From a phage, in sequence record OZ346186.1: 50,013 nucleotides of DNA; one strand, written 5' to 3'. A program made the position numbers and the translations under genes. Shown here piece after piece: positions 1 through 9,931 of the stretch. Within the stretch, counting starts at the first letter, position 1; the number at the start of each line of letters is the position of its first letter. The notes under the pieces are model-generated. The model worked only from the letters and a program-made list of their open reading frames with translations. It did not search any database and was not told where the DNA came from.

Positions 1-1569
1 ATGCTGATTTGGGAAGACTTAACAGCGGCGCAAAAACGCGCCGTTAAGGAAATGAGCGAATATTCATTCGAAAAGATGATCCGCATTTGGTTTCAACTTC
101 TCCAGGGGCAAAGGTTCTTAGGAAACTGGCATTTCAGTTACCTATGTAGCGAAGTTGAAAAAATCATCAAAGGAGAGTCACAGAATGTAATTTTCAACAT
201 AACGCCAGGCAGTGGTAAAACAGAGATATTCTCGATCCACATGTCACCTTATGCGTCATTGAAAAGTAAGAAGGTGCGAAATCTTAATCTTTCGTTTAGT
301 GATGGCCTTGTCCAGCAGAATAGCAACCGAATTAAGGAGATTATTGGTTCTCCAGAATGGCAGGAGCTATGGCCTGGAAAGCTGGCAAAGGCGAGCGCAA
401 AGGATTTGATTGTAACCGATGGCGGCAAGGTTAAATTACAAGTTAACTCGCGTTCTATCGGTGGTCAGGTTACTGGTCTGCGTGGCGGATACATGGACGA
501 TGGATTTACTGGTATGCTGGTTCTTGATGATCCAGACAAACCGGATGACATGCTTTCTAAGGTAAAGCGAGAAGCCGGACACATGCGGCTAAAGAACACG
601 GTTCGATCGCGTCGAATGAAGGACACCACGCCAATTGTGATGGTTCAGCAACGCCTACACGTCAATGATTCAACATGGTTCATGACAAACGGCGGCATGG
701 GCGGTATCAAGTTTAAGGTGGTTAGTATTCCGGCGCTCGTTACTAAGGAATATCGCGAAACACTTCCTGATTGGTTAAAGCCTGAGTTTGATCGCGATGT
801 TTTGTCCAGTAAGCCAGTGATGATTGATGGAGTTGCTCATTATTCATTCTGGCCTGCTAAGGAAAGCGCGGAGGAATTGCTTGCGCTTCGAAATGCTGAT
901 CCGTACACGTTCGCTAGTCAGTATCAGCAACAGCCTGTTGCGCTTGGCGGTAACGTGTTTAAAACAGAGTGGTTTCAGTATTACGGCAGCAGCGAGAAAT
1001 GCACGCTACCAAAACCGGATCGCTTTGAATATACATTTATCACGGTTGATACCGCACAGAAAACAGGGGAGCTTAACGACTACTCCGTGATCTGTTATTG
1101 GGGGATGTATAAAGATCGCGTTTACTTCATTGATGGTGTTCGCGGAAAATGGGAAGCACCAGACCTTGAGACTAATTTTGTTGCGTTCGTTAATCAGTGC
1201 TGGAAGCGCAATAAAGAATGCGGAACGTTGCGAAGGATTCATGTTGAAGATAAATCGTCTGGCACTGGTTTGATTCAGAGTGCAGCGAAAAAAATAATGA
1301 TCAAGATCAATCCCGTTCAGCGCGATAAAGACAAGGTTACTCGTGCAATGGACGCAGCGCCAGTAATGCGCGCCGGACGCGTAGCACTTCCAGAATCCCA
1401 CCCTATGCTGGCTGAGATACTGGCTGAAGTTGCGGCGTTTACATTCGATGATTCGCATCCTCATGATGATATTGTTGATAACATCATTGATGCTGTTAAC
1501 ATTGAAATGAACATGGCAGATGATCCGGTAGGAAGAATGAAAAAATTGGCAGGTTTGCGGAACAAATAG
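1..1569 (+). CDS. terL: terminase large subunit
   Basis: 522-aa ORF at head of late operon, directly upstream of portal; window begins at its ATG, which overlaps the stop of the terS ORF at the window end if circular. Confidence 0.8.
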   Translation: MLIWEDLTAAQKRAVKEMSEYSFEKMIRIWFQLLQGQRFLGNWHFSYLCSEVEKIIKGESQNVIFNITPGSGKTEIFSIHMSPYASLKSKKVRNLNLSFSDGLVQQNSNRIKEIIGSPEWQELWPGKLAKASAKDLIVTDGGKVKLQVNSRSIGGQVTGLRGGYMDDGFTGMLVLDDPDKPDDMLSKVKREAGHMRLKNTVRSRRMKDTTPIVMVQQRLHVNDSTWFMTNGGMGGIKFKVVSIPALVTKEYRETLPDWLKPEFDRDVLSSKPVMIDGVAHYSFWPAKESAEELLALRNADPYTFASQYQQQPVALGGNVFKTEWFQYYGSSEKCTLPKPDRFEYTFITVDTAQKTGELNDYSVICYWGMYKDRVYFIDGVRGKWEAPDLETNFVAFVNQCWKRNKECGTLRRIHVEDKSSGTGLIQSAAKKIMIKINPVQRDKDKVTRAMDAAPVMRAGRVALPESHPMLAEILAEVAAFTFDDSHPHDDIVDNIIDAVNIEMNMADDPVGRMKKLAGLRNK

Positions 1570-1595
1570 CACGAATCGACAAACCAATATATAAT
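1566..1595 (+). promoter_or_regulatory. degenerate box copy (ATAGCACGAATCGACAAACC) + TATAAT after terL
   Basis: stop TAG embedded; TATAAT 1590-1595; immediately followed by terminator hairpin. Confidence 0.3.
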
Positions 1596-1596
1596 C

Positions 1597-1622
1597 AAAG
1601 GCTGGTAAATCCAGCCTTTTTT
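1597..1622 (+). terminator. rho-independent terminator-like hairpin + T-tract after terL
   Basis: aaaggctgg..ccagccttt stem then TTTTT. Confidence 0.5.
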
Positions 1623-1637
1623 ATTGGAGGAAAGATA

Positions 1638-2918
1638 ATGAGTAAATCACGAATCGTTAAGGCTGACGGCTATAACGAGATCTTTAAAGGCGAGAATTGC
1701 AAATCGCGAGTAGAGCAACCATTCTACATGCAATCAATGCCATACAAGACACTTGCTGACTTTTACGAAAAAGATGGCCTGGCAAAAAGGATTATTGACG
1801 TAGTACCAGAGGAAATGGTTTCCCCTGGCTTTACTGTTGACGGCGTGGCAGACGAGGCGGCATTCCGTTCTTTGTGGGATGAGAAGCGATTGAATGCAAA
1901 AATCATTGATGCGCTTTGCTGGTCGCGTTTGTTTGGCGGATCTGCAATCATTGCTCTTGTTCAGGATGGGCGAGCGCTCAAATCACCTGTAAAGCCTGGA
2001 GCTATTCTGGAAGATGTGCGCGTTTATGATCGTTATCAGATTCGCGTTGAAGCGCGCGAAACTAATCCCCGCAAGGTTCGCTATGGTGAGCCAGTGCTTT
2101 ACACTGTAACGCCAGGCGGAGACTTGCCGGAATACCAGGTACACTACACGCGTGTTTGCATTATCGACGGTGAGCGGATACCTAACGCAAAGCGACGCAG
2201 CAATGATGGATGGGGTGAGTCAGTTCTTAACAAGAGACTTGTTGAGTCCATTGTTGATTATAACTATTGTGAAACATTGGCAACGCAATTATTGCGGCGG
2301 AAGCAACAGGCAGTATGGAAAGCTAAAGGACTCGCTGACTTGTGCGATGATGAGGAGGGAGTTAGCGCGGCACGCCTGAGACTTGCGCAGGTTGACGATG
2401 AGGGTGGAGTAGGCAAGGCCATTGGTATTGATGCTGAGGATGAGGAATATGATGTTCTTAACTCTGATATTAGCGGCGTTGATTCTTTTCTGGAAAAGAA
2501 AATGGATCGCATCGTTTCCCTTTCAGGTATTCATGAAATCATCCTGAAAAATAAAAACGTTGGCGGCGTTAGCGCAAGCCAAAACACGGCGCTTGAAACA
2601 TTCTATAAACTGATTGAACGAAAGCGCATTGAGGATTACAAGCCTATCCTTGAATTTCTATTACCGTTCATCATTAGTGAGCAGGAGTGGAGCATTGAGT
2701 TCTCACCTTTGAGCGTACCTAGCGATAAAGATCAGGCTGAAATTCTGAATAAGAATATCGACTCAATCAGCAAGGCTATTGATGGTCAGTTCCTTGATGT
2801 TGAAGAAGCGCGAGACACGTTGCGAGCAATCGCCCCAAGCGTTAAACTAAAGGACACTAATAAAATCAAGCTGCCGGAGCCAGCGGAGCCGGAGCCAGGC
2901 ACACAGGGGAATGAGTAA
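1638..2918 (+). CDS. portal protein
   Basis: 426-aa ORF after terL; SD ggagg 8 nt upstream of ATG; position and size typical of siphovirus portal. Confidence 0.75.
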   Translation: MSKSRIVKADGYNEIFKGENCKSRVEQPFYMQSMPYKTLADFYEKDGLAKRIIDVVPEEMVSPGFTVDGVADEAAFRSLWDEKRLNAKIIDALCWSRLFGGSAIIALVQDGRALKSPVKPGAILEDVRVYDRYQIRVEARETNPRKVRYGEPVLYTVTPGGDLPEYQVHYTRVCIIDGERIPNAKRRSNDGWGESVLNKRLVESIVDYNYCETLATQLLRRKQQAVWKAKGLADLCDDEEGVSAARLRLAQVDDEGGVGKAIGIDAEDEEYDVLNSDISGVDSFLEKKMDRIVSLSGIHEIILKNKNVGGVSASQNTALETFYKLIERKRIEDYKPILEFLLPFIISEQEWSIEFSPLSVPSDKDQAEILNKNIDSISKAIDGQFLDVEEARDTLRAIAPSVKLKDTNKIKLPEPAEPEPGTQGNE

Positions 2919-3682
2919 TGAAAGTGAAGGGCGTCGTTAAACAATGGCGCTTTCCTGAAGCAAGCGAGCGGCAATTTAGCCGCTCAATTCAGGAGGCAAT
3001 TAGAGATCTTGTGGTTCTCATGCGCAAGCGAACAAAAGCGATGAAGTTTGACGCAGCAGATAATGAGATCAACAGCGCAGAAGATGAAATTAACAGCCTG
3101 GCAACTGACCTTATAGCTGGCATTGTTTCAACTCTTCCTGCAATCGCGTTGACCATTTATAAATTCAATGCGAAGCAGTTTATCAATGTTGCCAAGTCAA
3201 CTGGCGGAAAGGATAACACGGCGGTAATTGTTTTGATCGCGATTGGCGCTAACGCTAACGAGGAGTGGTATCAGACGCTTTACGGTCAATGGCACGGCCT
3301 TACAGAATCATCGCTAAGGAAGTTATTCACAAATATTGTGTCTGACTGGTCAACAAACATTCGCAATGCAAACTTTCGCGGAAGCAATGATAAACAGGTT
3401 AATGATCTTGCAGAAAAGAGATTTGCTGTTTATAGCTCCTGGGGTAAAACTAGATCAGAAAACATTATCGGCGCGTGGAATAGTCGCCTGATGCGCCAGC
3501 GCCTTTATGATGCTAAGGTGACTCATTATTTCTGGCATGGGATGTTAGATGATAGAGAGCGATTGCAGCATGTGTTATGGGAAGGTAAAAGAATAGCGCT
3601 TGATGCAATTCATGATTTCCCTGGTGAGCCGTGGGGTTGCCGTTGCTGGGCGATTCCAGATTGGAATAATAAAGGAGAGTAA
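2918..3682 (+). CDS. head morphogenesis / minor head protein
   Basis: 254-aa ORF, ATG overlaps portal stop (TAATG); position typical of SPP1 gp7 / Mu F-like proteins. Confidence 0.5.
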   Translation: MKVKGVVKQWRFPEASERQFSRSIQEAIRDLVVLMRKRTKAMKFDAADNEINSAEDEINSLATDLIAGIVSTLPAIALTIYKFNAKQFINVAKSTGGKDNTAVIVLIAIGANANEEWYQTLYGQWHGLTESSLRKLFTNIVSDWSTNIRNANFRGSNDKQVNDLAEKRFAVYSSWGKTRSENIIGAWNSRLMRQRLYDAKVTHYFWHGMLDDRERLQHVLWEGKRIALDAIHDFPGEPWGCRCWAIPDWNNKGE

Positions 3683-3685
3683 TTA

Positions 3686-4798
3686 ATGAAGGCAAAACAA
3701 AGATTTGATAGCGTCCAGGTTAAGGCGCATTTTGATGATAATGGCTTTTTAGTGGATCGCCCAATTGTGGCGCGAATTGGCTTGCAGGAGTACCGCACAC
3801 CGTATGGAATCAGACGAGAGTTCCGTCCAGCGTCAGAGGTGTTCAAGGCTGATTCTCTTGCTACGTTCGCAGGTAAGCCGATCACTATCGGTCACGTCAC
3901 AGTGACGCCAGATAATGCGGATCAGGTTGTTGTCGGTTCATGCGCTGGTGCTGGTGTTCCAAATGGCGTTGGCGTTGAAGTTCCGTTAAGCATTTACTCA
4001 AAGCGAGCAATTGAGAGCGCAAAAAAGAAAGATACGGCTGAAATTTCAGTTGGTTACACATCAATTGATATTGATAAGCCAGGCTGGGGCAACAATAAAA
4101 CTGGTGATTACTTATTTGAGGAAGACATTAAAGAAGACTGGAAGCCGGATTCTCCTGATTGGGTTAAATTTGACGCCATTCAGACGAATATTCGCGTTAA
4201 TCACATTGCGCTTGTCTTTCGTGGTCGTGCTGGCATTGCCAAATTAAATCTTGATAGTGAACAAGATTTTCCGTATAGTGACGAGGTTCTAAATGACAAA
4301 GGAGATGAGGAAATGACAGTAAAAATTAAACTTGATGGCGCGGTAGAATTTGATGTTCCAAAGGCCGTTGCTGATCATATTGAGGCGTTAAAGGCAGATG
4401 CAAAAGCTGCAACCGAAAAAGCTGATGGCCTTGAGGCCGAGCGCGACGCCCTGAAAACTAAAGTAGATGGCATTCCGGCGCAGATTGCAGAAGCTGTTAA
4501 GAAGGCAAAGACTGACGCAGAAGAACATGCCAAGCTGGTTGCAGATGCAACTGAAATTGGCATCAAGTGTGACGGCTTGGACGCTAAAGCGATCAAGGTT
4601 GCTTACGTCAAAGAAGTCACTGGCGCTGATATTTCAGAAAAAGCCGATGCATATATTGAAACAGCTTTTGACCTTGCGAAGCAGTCTGATAAAATGGCGG
4701 CGCAGCGTAAATCTGTTAAGGGCGATTCTTTCGAATCTGGCAAGAGTGAAAAAACCGACTCCCTTGATCCTACTGCGCGTTTGAAAAAACTTAAATAA
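3686..4798 (+). CDS. scaffold / prohead protease-like protein
   Basis: 370 aa; C-terminal half Ala/Lys/Glu-rich and coiled-coil-like; sits between portal/morphogenesis genes and capsid. Confidence 0.45.
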   Translation: MKAKQRFDSVQVKAHFDDNGFLVDRPIVARIGLQEYRTPYGIRREFRPASEVFKADSLATFAGKPITIGHVTVTPDNADQVVVGSCAGAGVPNGVGVEVPLSIYSKRAIESAKKKDTAEISVGYTSIDIDKPGWGNNKTGDYLFEEDIKEDWKPDSPDWVKFDAIQTNIRVNHIALVFRGRAGIAKLNLDSEQDFPYSDEVLNDKGDEEMTVKIKLDGAVEFDVPKAVADHIEALKADAKAATEKADGLEAERDALKTKVDGIPAQIAEAVKKAKTDAEEHAKLVADATEIGIKCDGLDAKAIKVAYVKEVTGADISEKADAYIETAFDLAKQSDKMAAQRKSVKGDSFESGKSEKTDSLDPTARLKKLK

Positions 4799-4810
4799 GG
4801 AGAAATAAAC

Positions 4811-5323
4811 ATGGCTACAATTGGAGCAAGCTACTTTGCTGTAATGTCTCGTGCGTTACCTGGTCAGGTTTCTGACACTTCAGCTTATAATATTGATGGC
4901 GCTTGTGTTCTTGAGAATGCGTCAGGCAGTCAGAATCAGTCTGTTTTTGTTGGTGTGGCGGTCCAGCATGGCGGCGTTGATGCGATGGGTAATAAACTGA
5001 TCAAGCCTATGGCGGCAAGCGGCAAGGCTTACGGCGTTGCAATTCGTTCTCACTTTCAGACAACTTCGTCTGACGGTCGAATGATTTATGAATCTGGCAG
5101 CGGAATCAACGTAATGACTGAGGGGCGTGTTTGGATGTTGGCTAAAGACGCTTCCGCGCCAGCTTTCGGCACTGCAATCAAACTGTCTGATGATGGTCAG
5201 GTTGATACCACGTCTGGCACTATCGAAACAAACTGGATCGCGACTGGTGATTTCACCAAGTTTCAAGACTTGAAGCTGGTAGAGGTTCAGGTGCAAAAAG
5301 TTCCCGCAGTTTCAGCAGGTTAA
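4811..5323 (+). CDS. head structural protein (paralog of next gene)
   Basis: 170 aa; SD aaggag; followed by rho-independent terminator; shares sequence pattern with 5369..5803. Confidence 0.5.
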   Translation: MATIGASYFAVMSRALPGQVSDTSAYNIDGACVLENASGSQNQSVFVGVAVQHGGVDAMGNKLIKPMAASGKAYGVAIRSHFQTTSSDGRMIYESGSGINVMTEGRVWMLAKDASAPAFGTAIKLSDDGQVDTTSGTIETNWIATGDFTKFQDLKLVEVQVQKVPAVSAG

Positions 5324-5330
5324 TAAATAT

Positions 5331-5354
5331 GGCGCTCACTGAGCGCCTTTTTTA
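5331..5354 (+). terminator. rho-independent terminator
   Basis: ggcgctc act gagcgcc + TTTTTT. Confidence 0.65.
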
Positions 5355-5368
5355 TATTTGGGGTTATC

Positions 5369-5803
5369 ATGAGTGATTATTCAGTCATTGTTGGCGCTGA
5401 GTCGCCAGGGTGCATGGTCGATTCTTCAATAATGGTGATTAACGGATCTTTCGTGTGCGGAGATGAATTTATTGCGCCAGGTAAGATTGTGCGACTATCA
5501 CATATAACAAATGGATACAAAATAGCAAGTGTTAATGGGGATCTCGTTATTGGCGTGGCAGTAAGGCCGCCGGACTCGTGCATATATGAGGAGGGCGATC
5601 CAGTTAATGTGGTTAGTCGAGGTAATGTTTGGTGCTTAACTTATGAGAGCGAAGCGCCAGAATATGGAGATAAAGTATTTGTAACGCAAGATGGAGATGT
5701 GGCATACAGTGAAGGCGACTTGCTGATTGGTTGGATCTTTACTGGCGAACATGTAAAGGTTGATCATGATTCATATATTGTCGGGGTAAGCATTGACCCA
5801 TAA
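5369..5803 (+). CDS. head structural protein (paralog of previous gene)
   Basis: 144 aa; similar Gly/Val-rich pattern to 4811..5323. Confidence 0.5.
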   Translation: MSDYSVIVGAESPGCMVDSSIMVINGSFVCGDEFIAPGKIVRLSHITNGYKIASVNGDLVIGVAVRPPDSCIYEEGDPVNVVSRGNVWCLTYESEAPEYGDKVFVTQDGDVAYSEGDLLIGWIFTGEHVKVDHDSYIVGVSIDP

Positions 5804-5815
5804 CACAAAATTATG

Positions 5816-5843
5816 TTGCACGTTTAACAAAAAATGCTATCAT
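5816..5843 (+). promoter_or_regulatory. sigma70-like promoter TTGCAC-16-TATCAT upstream of major capsid gene, with an inverted box copy in its spacer
   Basis: -35 5816-5821, -10 5838-5843; box reverse complement 5822-5840. Confidence 0.4.
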
Positions 5844-5886
5844 TGGTCCGTTACATACTAACGACCTTTATATATGGAGGAAGAAA

Positions 5887-6861
5887 ATGGAAAAAGAAAA
5901 ATTTGATCAGCTAGATGCGGATATTGTTTCTAGCTATCTGGCTACTCGCGGCGTTAAAGGTGATGCGTCAGATATGGGTATTTGGGCCGCTCAAGAACTG
6001 CATAAGATTCGCTCTAATGCTTACGAGAAAGAATATCCGGCAGGTTCAGCGCTTCGTGTATTCCCTGTAACTAATGAGCTTTCTGATACTGATAAGACTT
6101 TTGAATATCAGATGTTTGACAGAGTTGGTTACGCAAAAATTATCGCTGATTACACCGACGACCTGCCGACCGTTGACGCGCTGATGTCTAGCGAGTTCGG
6201 TAAAGTATTCCGCCTGGGTAACTCGTTCTTGATCTCCATTGACGAAATCAAGGCTGGTCAGCGCACTGGTAAGAGCCTTTCCACTCGCAAGGCAAACGCA
6301 GCGCAAAACGCTCATGATCAGGAAGTTAACCGCCTGGTGTTTAAGGGTTCAAAGCCGCATAAGATTCTTTCGGTGTTTGAACACCCTAACCTGACAAAGA
6401 TCGTGTCAACTGGTTGGTTAAGTGCTGATGAAAACACTAAGTTCCCGCAGGCAGCATCTGATGAACTGGAAAAGGCTATTGAAACCATTCAGACCATCAC
6501 CAATGGTCAGCACCGCGCAACCAATATCTTGATTCCGCCGTCTATGCGCAAGGTTCTTTCCGTTCGAATGGAAAACACCACTGAAAGTTATCTGGAATAC
6601 TTCCAGAAACAAAACAGCGGAATCACCATCGACTCAATCGCAGAGCTTGAGGATATTGATGGCGCTGGAACGAAAGGTTGCCTGGTATATGAGAAAGACC
6701 CGATGAACATGTCGATCGAAATTCCAGAAGCATTTAACATGCTTCCGGCGCAACCAAAAGATCTGCATTTCAAAGTTCCGTGCACTTCAAAATGTACCGG
6801 CCTGACGATTTACCGTCCGTTTACGCTAGTACTTATTACTGGCTTGAAAAAATCAGGTTAA
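5887..6861 (+). CDS. major capsid protein
   Basis: 324 aa; own promoter-like element upstream and strong terminator downstream; position between head accessory genes and connectors. Confidence 0.6.
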   Translation: MEKEKFDQLDADIVSSYLATRGVKGDASDMGIWAAQELHKIRSNAYEKEYPAGSALRVFPVTNELSDTDKTFEYQMFDRVGYAKIIADYTDDLPTVDALMSSEFGKVFRLGNSFLISIDEIKAGQRTGKSLSTRKANAAQNAHDQEVNRLVFKGSKPHKILSVFEHPNLTKIVSTGWLSADENTKFPQAASDELEKAIETIQTITNGQHRATNILIPPSMRKVLSVRMENTTESYLEYFQKQNSGITIDSIAELEDIDGAGTKGCLVYEKDPMNMSIEIPEAFNMLPAQPKDLHFKVPCTSKCTGLTIYRPFTLVLITGLKKSG

Positions 6862-6874
6862 TCGTATAACATTT

Positions 6875-6902
6875 GGGAATCCTTAACTGGATTCCCTTTT
6901 TT
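6875..6902 (+). terminator. rho-independent terminator after major capsid gene
   Basis: gggaatcc..ggattccc + TTTTTT. Confidence 0.7.
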
Positions 6903-6917
6903 ATTGGAGGTTATGAA

Positions 6918-7190
6918 ATGGCTAAAGAAAAAACTGTAACGTTAAAGGTTTCCGGTGTGTGCCTTATCATTGTTGATGGCGAGCATTATCATCCAGGTAA
7001 AGAGTTTGATGTAGAAGAGTCAAAATTGAAAACAAGCGCGTTTGAATATCTAATTGCAAAAGGCGATCTTGAAGTTAAAGACAACTCCGCATTGAACGAA
7101 GAAATTAAACAGAGCGCAGCAAGCAAGCGTAAAAAAGACCCGCGAGAGGGCAAGAGCAAAGCCGAACTTGAAGACGGCGGCATCTATTAA
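6918..7190 (+). CDS. hypothetical head-associated protein
   Basis: 90 aa from ATG 6918 with SD ggagg; the longer track ORF from 6873 would read through the terminator hairpin. Confidence 0.5.
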   Translation: MAKEKTVTLKVSGVCLIIVDGEHYHPGKEFDVEESKLKTSAFEYLIAKGDLEVKDNSALNEEIKQSAASKRKKDPREGKSKAELEDGGIY

Positions 7191-7195
7191 TAAAG

Positions 7196-7220
7196 AGGGC
7201 GCTTATAGCGCCCTTTGTCA
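7196..7220 (+). terminator. terminator-like hairpin
   Basis: agggcgc ttata gcgccct + TTGT. Confidence 0.45.
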
Positions 7221-7237
7221 TATCTGGAGGAAACACA

Positions 7238-7654
7238 ATGGTTGATGAATTTTTCACTGACGCAGAAATCACGCAGCAAATCGTGAAATTAGCTCCACCG
7301 ATGAAGCAGATTGATCCAGATTTAATGGTGGCATGGATTGAGCTTGCAAAGGAATTTGTTTGCAAGAAGCGGTTTAAAGAATCATATCCTAAAGCGGTCG
7401 CTCTTTATACGTTGCACCTTATGACGCTTGACGGAGCGATGAAACAGGAAGGGGAAAGCGTAGATAGTTACTCGCGGCGCGTGGCGTCATTTTCCCTGAC
7501 TGGTGAATTTAGTCAGACATTTGATCGTGTGTCCGGCGATTCAAGCGGAAAAGAGATAAGGCAAACTCCGTGGGGTAAAATGTATGAAACGTTAAATCGC
7601 AAAAAAGGCGGCGGATTTGGTCTTGTTACTGGATTTAGGAGACGTTGCAAATGA
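7238..7654 (+). CDS. head-tail connector/adaptor (putative)
   Basis: 138 aa; SD ggagg; position between capsid and tail genes. Confidence 0.45.
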   Translation: MVDEFFTDAEITQQIVKLAPPMKQIDPDLMVAWIELAKEFVCKKRFKESYPKAVALYTLHLMTLDGAMKQEGESVDSYSRRVASFSLTGEFSQTFDRVSGDSSGKEIRQTPWGKMYETLNRKKGGGFGLVTGFRRRCK

Positions 7655-8022
7655 ACTATAACGAGATCGCAAGAATGGCAACCGAAGGAATTAACTTCTT
7701 TAGTGATGGCAACGGTGAGTTTAAGTGCATAACGCAGCGTGGAAGCGTTGAAATCATCGGAGGCGAAGAAGTAGAAAAGCCAGAGATCAGTGTAATGATT
7801 AAGGGTTTAATTCGCTCCCCAAAAGTCCGCGAGATTGACGGCGAGACAATACGAGTAACCGATAAGTTGGGAGTTTTTAACAATAAAGTTGAAATTAAGA
7901 ACGGGTATCATATTGATGTTGATGGTGAATTATATGTTGTAGTTGAAGCAAGACCAATCAGACAAACCAATGTCACTGTTGCTTATCGGCCTATTTTGAG
8001 AAGGATTTCTGTACATGGCTAA
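7651..8022 (+). CDS. head closure / neck protein (putative)
   Basis: 123 aa from ATG 7651 (SD aggaga 8 nt upstream); overlaps previous stop. Confidence 0.45.
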   Translation: MNYNEIARMATEGINFFSDGNGEFKCITQRGSVEIIGGEEVEKPEISVMIKGLIRSPKVREIDGETIRVTDKLGVFNNKVEIKNGYHIDVDGELYVVVEARPIRQTNVTVAYRPILRRISVHG

Positions 8023-8458
8023 AAACTACACGATAAGGGAATTTCACGGCAACATTGATGCGTGGATAAACGCCGTTGATAATGGCCTGAAAGATTGCGT
8101 GGAGTTGTTCGCCGAAAAAGTGCATACAGATCTTGTTAAGCGTTCTCCGGTAGATACTGGTCGTTACCGTGGAAACTGGCAGGTAACAGCAAATAAGCCG
8201 CCATTGTATGCGCTTAACCAGTACGATAAGCACGGCGACAAAACGATAGCGGAAGGAAAACGCGCCATATACGCAATATTACGAGGTGGCGGAGCGGTAA
8301 GGGCCATTTATTTTTCAAATATGCTTATTTACGCTAACGCGCTTGAATACGGTCATTCAAAACAAGCGCCAGCGGGTGTGCTTGGTATTGTTGCCGTGAA
8401 GTTGCGTTCATATATGGCTGAAGCAATAAAAGAGTCGAGGGCTAAAAATGCACTATGA
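8015..8458 (+). CDS. HK97 gp10-like neck/tail completion protein
   Basis: 147 aa; motif PVDTGRYRGNW resembles the HK97 gp10 family signature. Confidence 0.5.
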   Translation: MAKNYTIREFHGNIDAWINAVDNGLKDCVELFAEKVHTDLVKRSPVDTGRYRGNWQVTANKPPLYALNQYDKHGDKTIAEGKRAIYAILRGGGAVRAIYFSNMLIYANALEYGHSKQAPAGVLGIVAVKLRSYMAEAIKESRAKNAL

Positions 8459-8846
8459 ATTAATGCTATCGGCGCGTAAGGCGCTGGCGACTGAATACGA
8501 GAGCAGATTCACGATCGCTTATGAAAACGTAGAGTTTACGCCACCTGGTGACGGTTCGCCGTGGTTGAAGTTTGACTATGCCGAAGTTGACACAGAATAC
8601 TTGTCATTGGATCGAAAATGCGTTTCATATATCGGAATGATTCAGGTTGGCATTGTGTTTCCACCAGGTTACGGAACTGACAGGCCGCGCGTTCTAGCTA
8701 AAGAGATTGCGCAATTCTTTTACGATGGTAAAATGCTGGAGCATGGTTATATATATGAGGGTGCAAGAGTTCACAAGCCGCTCAAGAGTGAAAGCGGTTG
8801 GATTCTCCCAATAAGGTTTTATGTTCGAATTGAAACAAAGGAGTAA
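8448..8846 (+). CDS. tail terminator (putative)
   Basis: 132 aa, immediately upstream of major tail protein. Confidence 0.45.
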   Translation: MHYELMLSARKALATEYESRFTIAYENVEFTPPGDGSPWLKFDYAEVDTEYLSLDRKCVSYIGMIQVGIVFPPGYGTDRPRVLAKEIAQFFYDGKMLEHGYIYEGARVHKPLKSESGWILPIRFYVRIETKE

Positions 8847-8851
8847 AAATT

Positions 8852-9514
8852 ATGCATTTACCAAATGGATCGCAAATTTTCGTTGAGAGCAATCGCGGAA
8901 GCGCTATTGAGGCAACGGCAGTATCAAACGCTAAAGATCCTGTATTCACCGTTGCATCTGGCGGTACTGCGTACAAGAAAGGTGATTATGTTATCATCAC
9001 TGCGTCCTCCTGGGGCAAGCTGATTGATCGTGTTATGCGTGTAAAGGCTAACGGTGAAGAAACAAGCGTGACTCTTGAGGGTGTTGATACTACCGATCAG
9101 AACGTGTTCCCGACTGGCGGCACTGCATCTTTTGCCAAGATTGATGCATGGACTGAGATCCCTTGCGTTCAGGATTTGTCGCAGGACGGCGGAGAACAGC
9201 AATATTACACTTATCAGTGTTTGGCGGACGACCAGGAGCAGCAGTTACCTACCTATAAGAGCGCCGTTTCTCTGACCTACACTTTTGCGCACGAATACGA
9301 TAACGCGATCTATCCGTTACTTCGTGCAGCAGACGAATCCGGTGAGGTGACCGCGCTTCGCATGTATGTACCGAAAGCGAAAGAGATGCGTTGCTGGGCT
9401 GGTGTCCTTTCGTTTAACGAGATCCCACAAACGACCGTTAACGAAATGGAAACTGTTTCCCTGTCTGTATCCCTGAAAGGTCGATTCACCTTCCTACCTT
9501 CTCAAGTAGCATAA
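8852..9514 (+). CDS. major tail protein
   Basis: 220 aa; SD aaaggag; strong terminator after stop; directly upstream of chaperone/frameshift and tape measure. Confidence 0.6.
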   Translation: MHLPNGSQIFVESNRGSAIEATAVSNAKDPVFTVASGGTAYKKGDYVIITASSWGKLIDRVMRVKANGEETSVTLEGVDTTDQNVFPTGGTASFAKIDAWTEIPCVQDLSQDGGEQQYYTYQCLADDQEQQLPTYKSAVSLTYTFAHEYDNAIYPLLRAADESGEVTALRMYVPKAKEMRCWAGVLSFNEIPQTTVNEMETVSLSVSLKGRFTFLPSQVA

Positions 9515-9520
9515 TCACAA

Positions 9521-9544
9521 GGGGCGTTGCGCCCCTTTTTTTGT
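9521..9544 (+). terminator. rho-independent terminator after major tail gene
   Basis: ggggcg ttg cgcccc + T9. Confidence 0.7.
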
Positions 9545-9581
9545 TACTGTACAATCATGCTACACGATTCATAATCAATTC

Positions 9582-9600
9582 TTTTAACAAAAAGTGCTAT
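9582..9600 (-). promoter_or_regulatory. box copy in orientation opposite to the late operon
   Basis: plus strand reads TTTTAACAAAAAGTGCTAT between terminator and chaperone gene. Confidence 0.35.
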
Positions 9601-9613
9601 CAAGGAGAAAGAA

Positions 9614-9931
9614 ATGTCAAAAATGAAATTGACGATTGGGCCGCTTCCTGACTTTAAATTACCAGTGAAATTTGCAATGCCTAACGGAGAAGATCAAACG
9701 ATTATCTTCACAGTTCGCCACCGCAAAACAAGTGAGATTCACGAGCGATACACGTCAGATACTCCAATGGGCGATGTTGAAATGATCACCTTCCTTGCTT
9801 CAGGTTGGAATCTTGATGATGAATTTAACGAAGAAAATATTAAACAGCTTCTTGATTACTACCCAGCAACAGCAATCGGATTAACTAGCGCATACATGAA
9901 AGCGCTTGCGGGGCAGCGAGTAAAAAACTAA
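9614..9931 (+). CDS. tail assembly chaperone (lambda G-like, short form)
   Basis: 105 aa between major tail protein and tape measure; ends VKN* with slippery A_AAA_AAC at 9922-9928. Confidence 0.7.
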   Translation: MSKMKLTIGPLPDFKLPVKFAMPNGEDQTIIFTVRHRKTSEIHERYTSDTPMGDVEMITFLASGWNLDDEFNEENIKQLLDYYPATAIGLTSAYMKALAGQRVKN

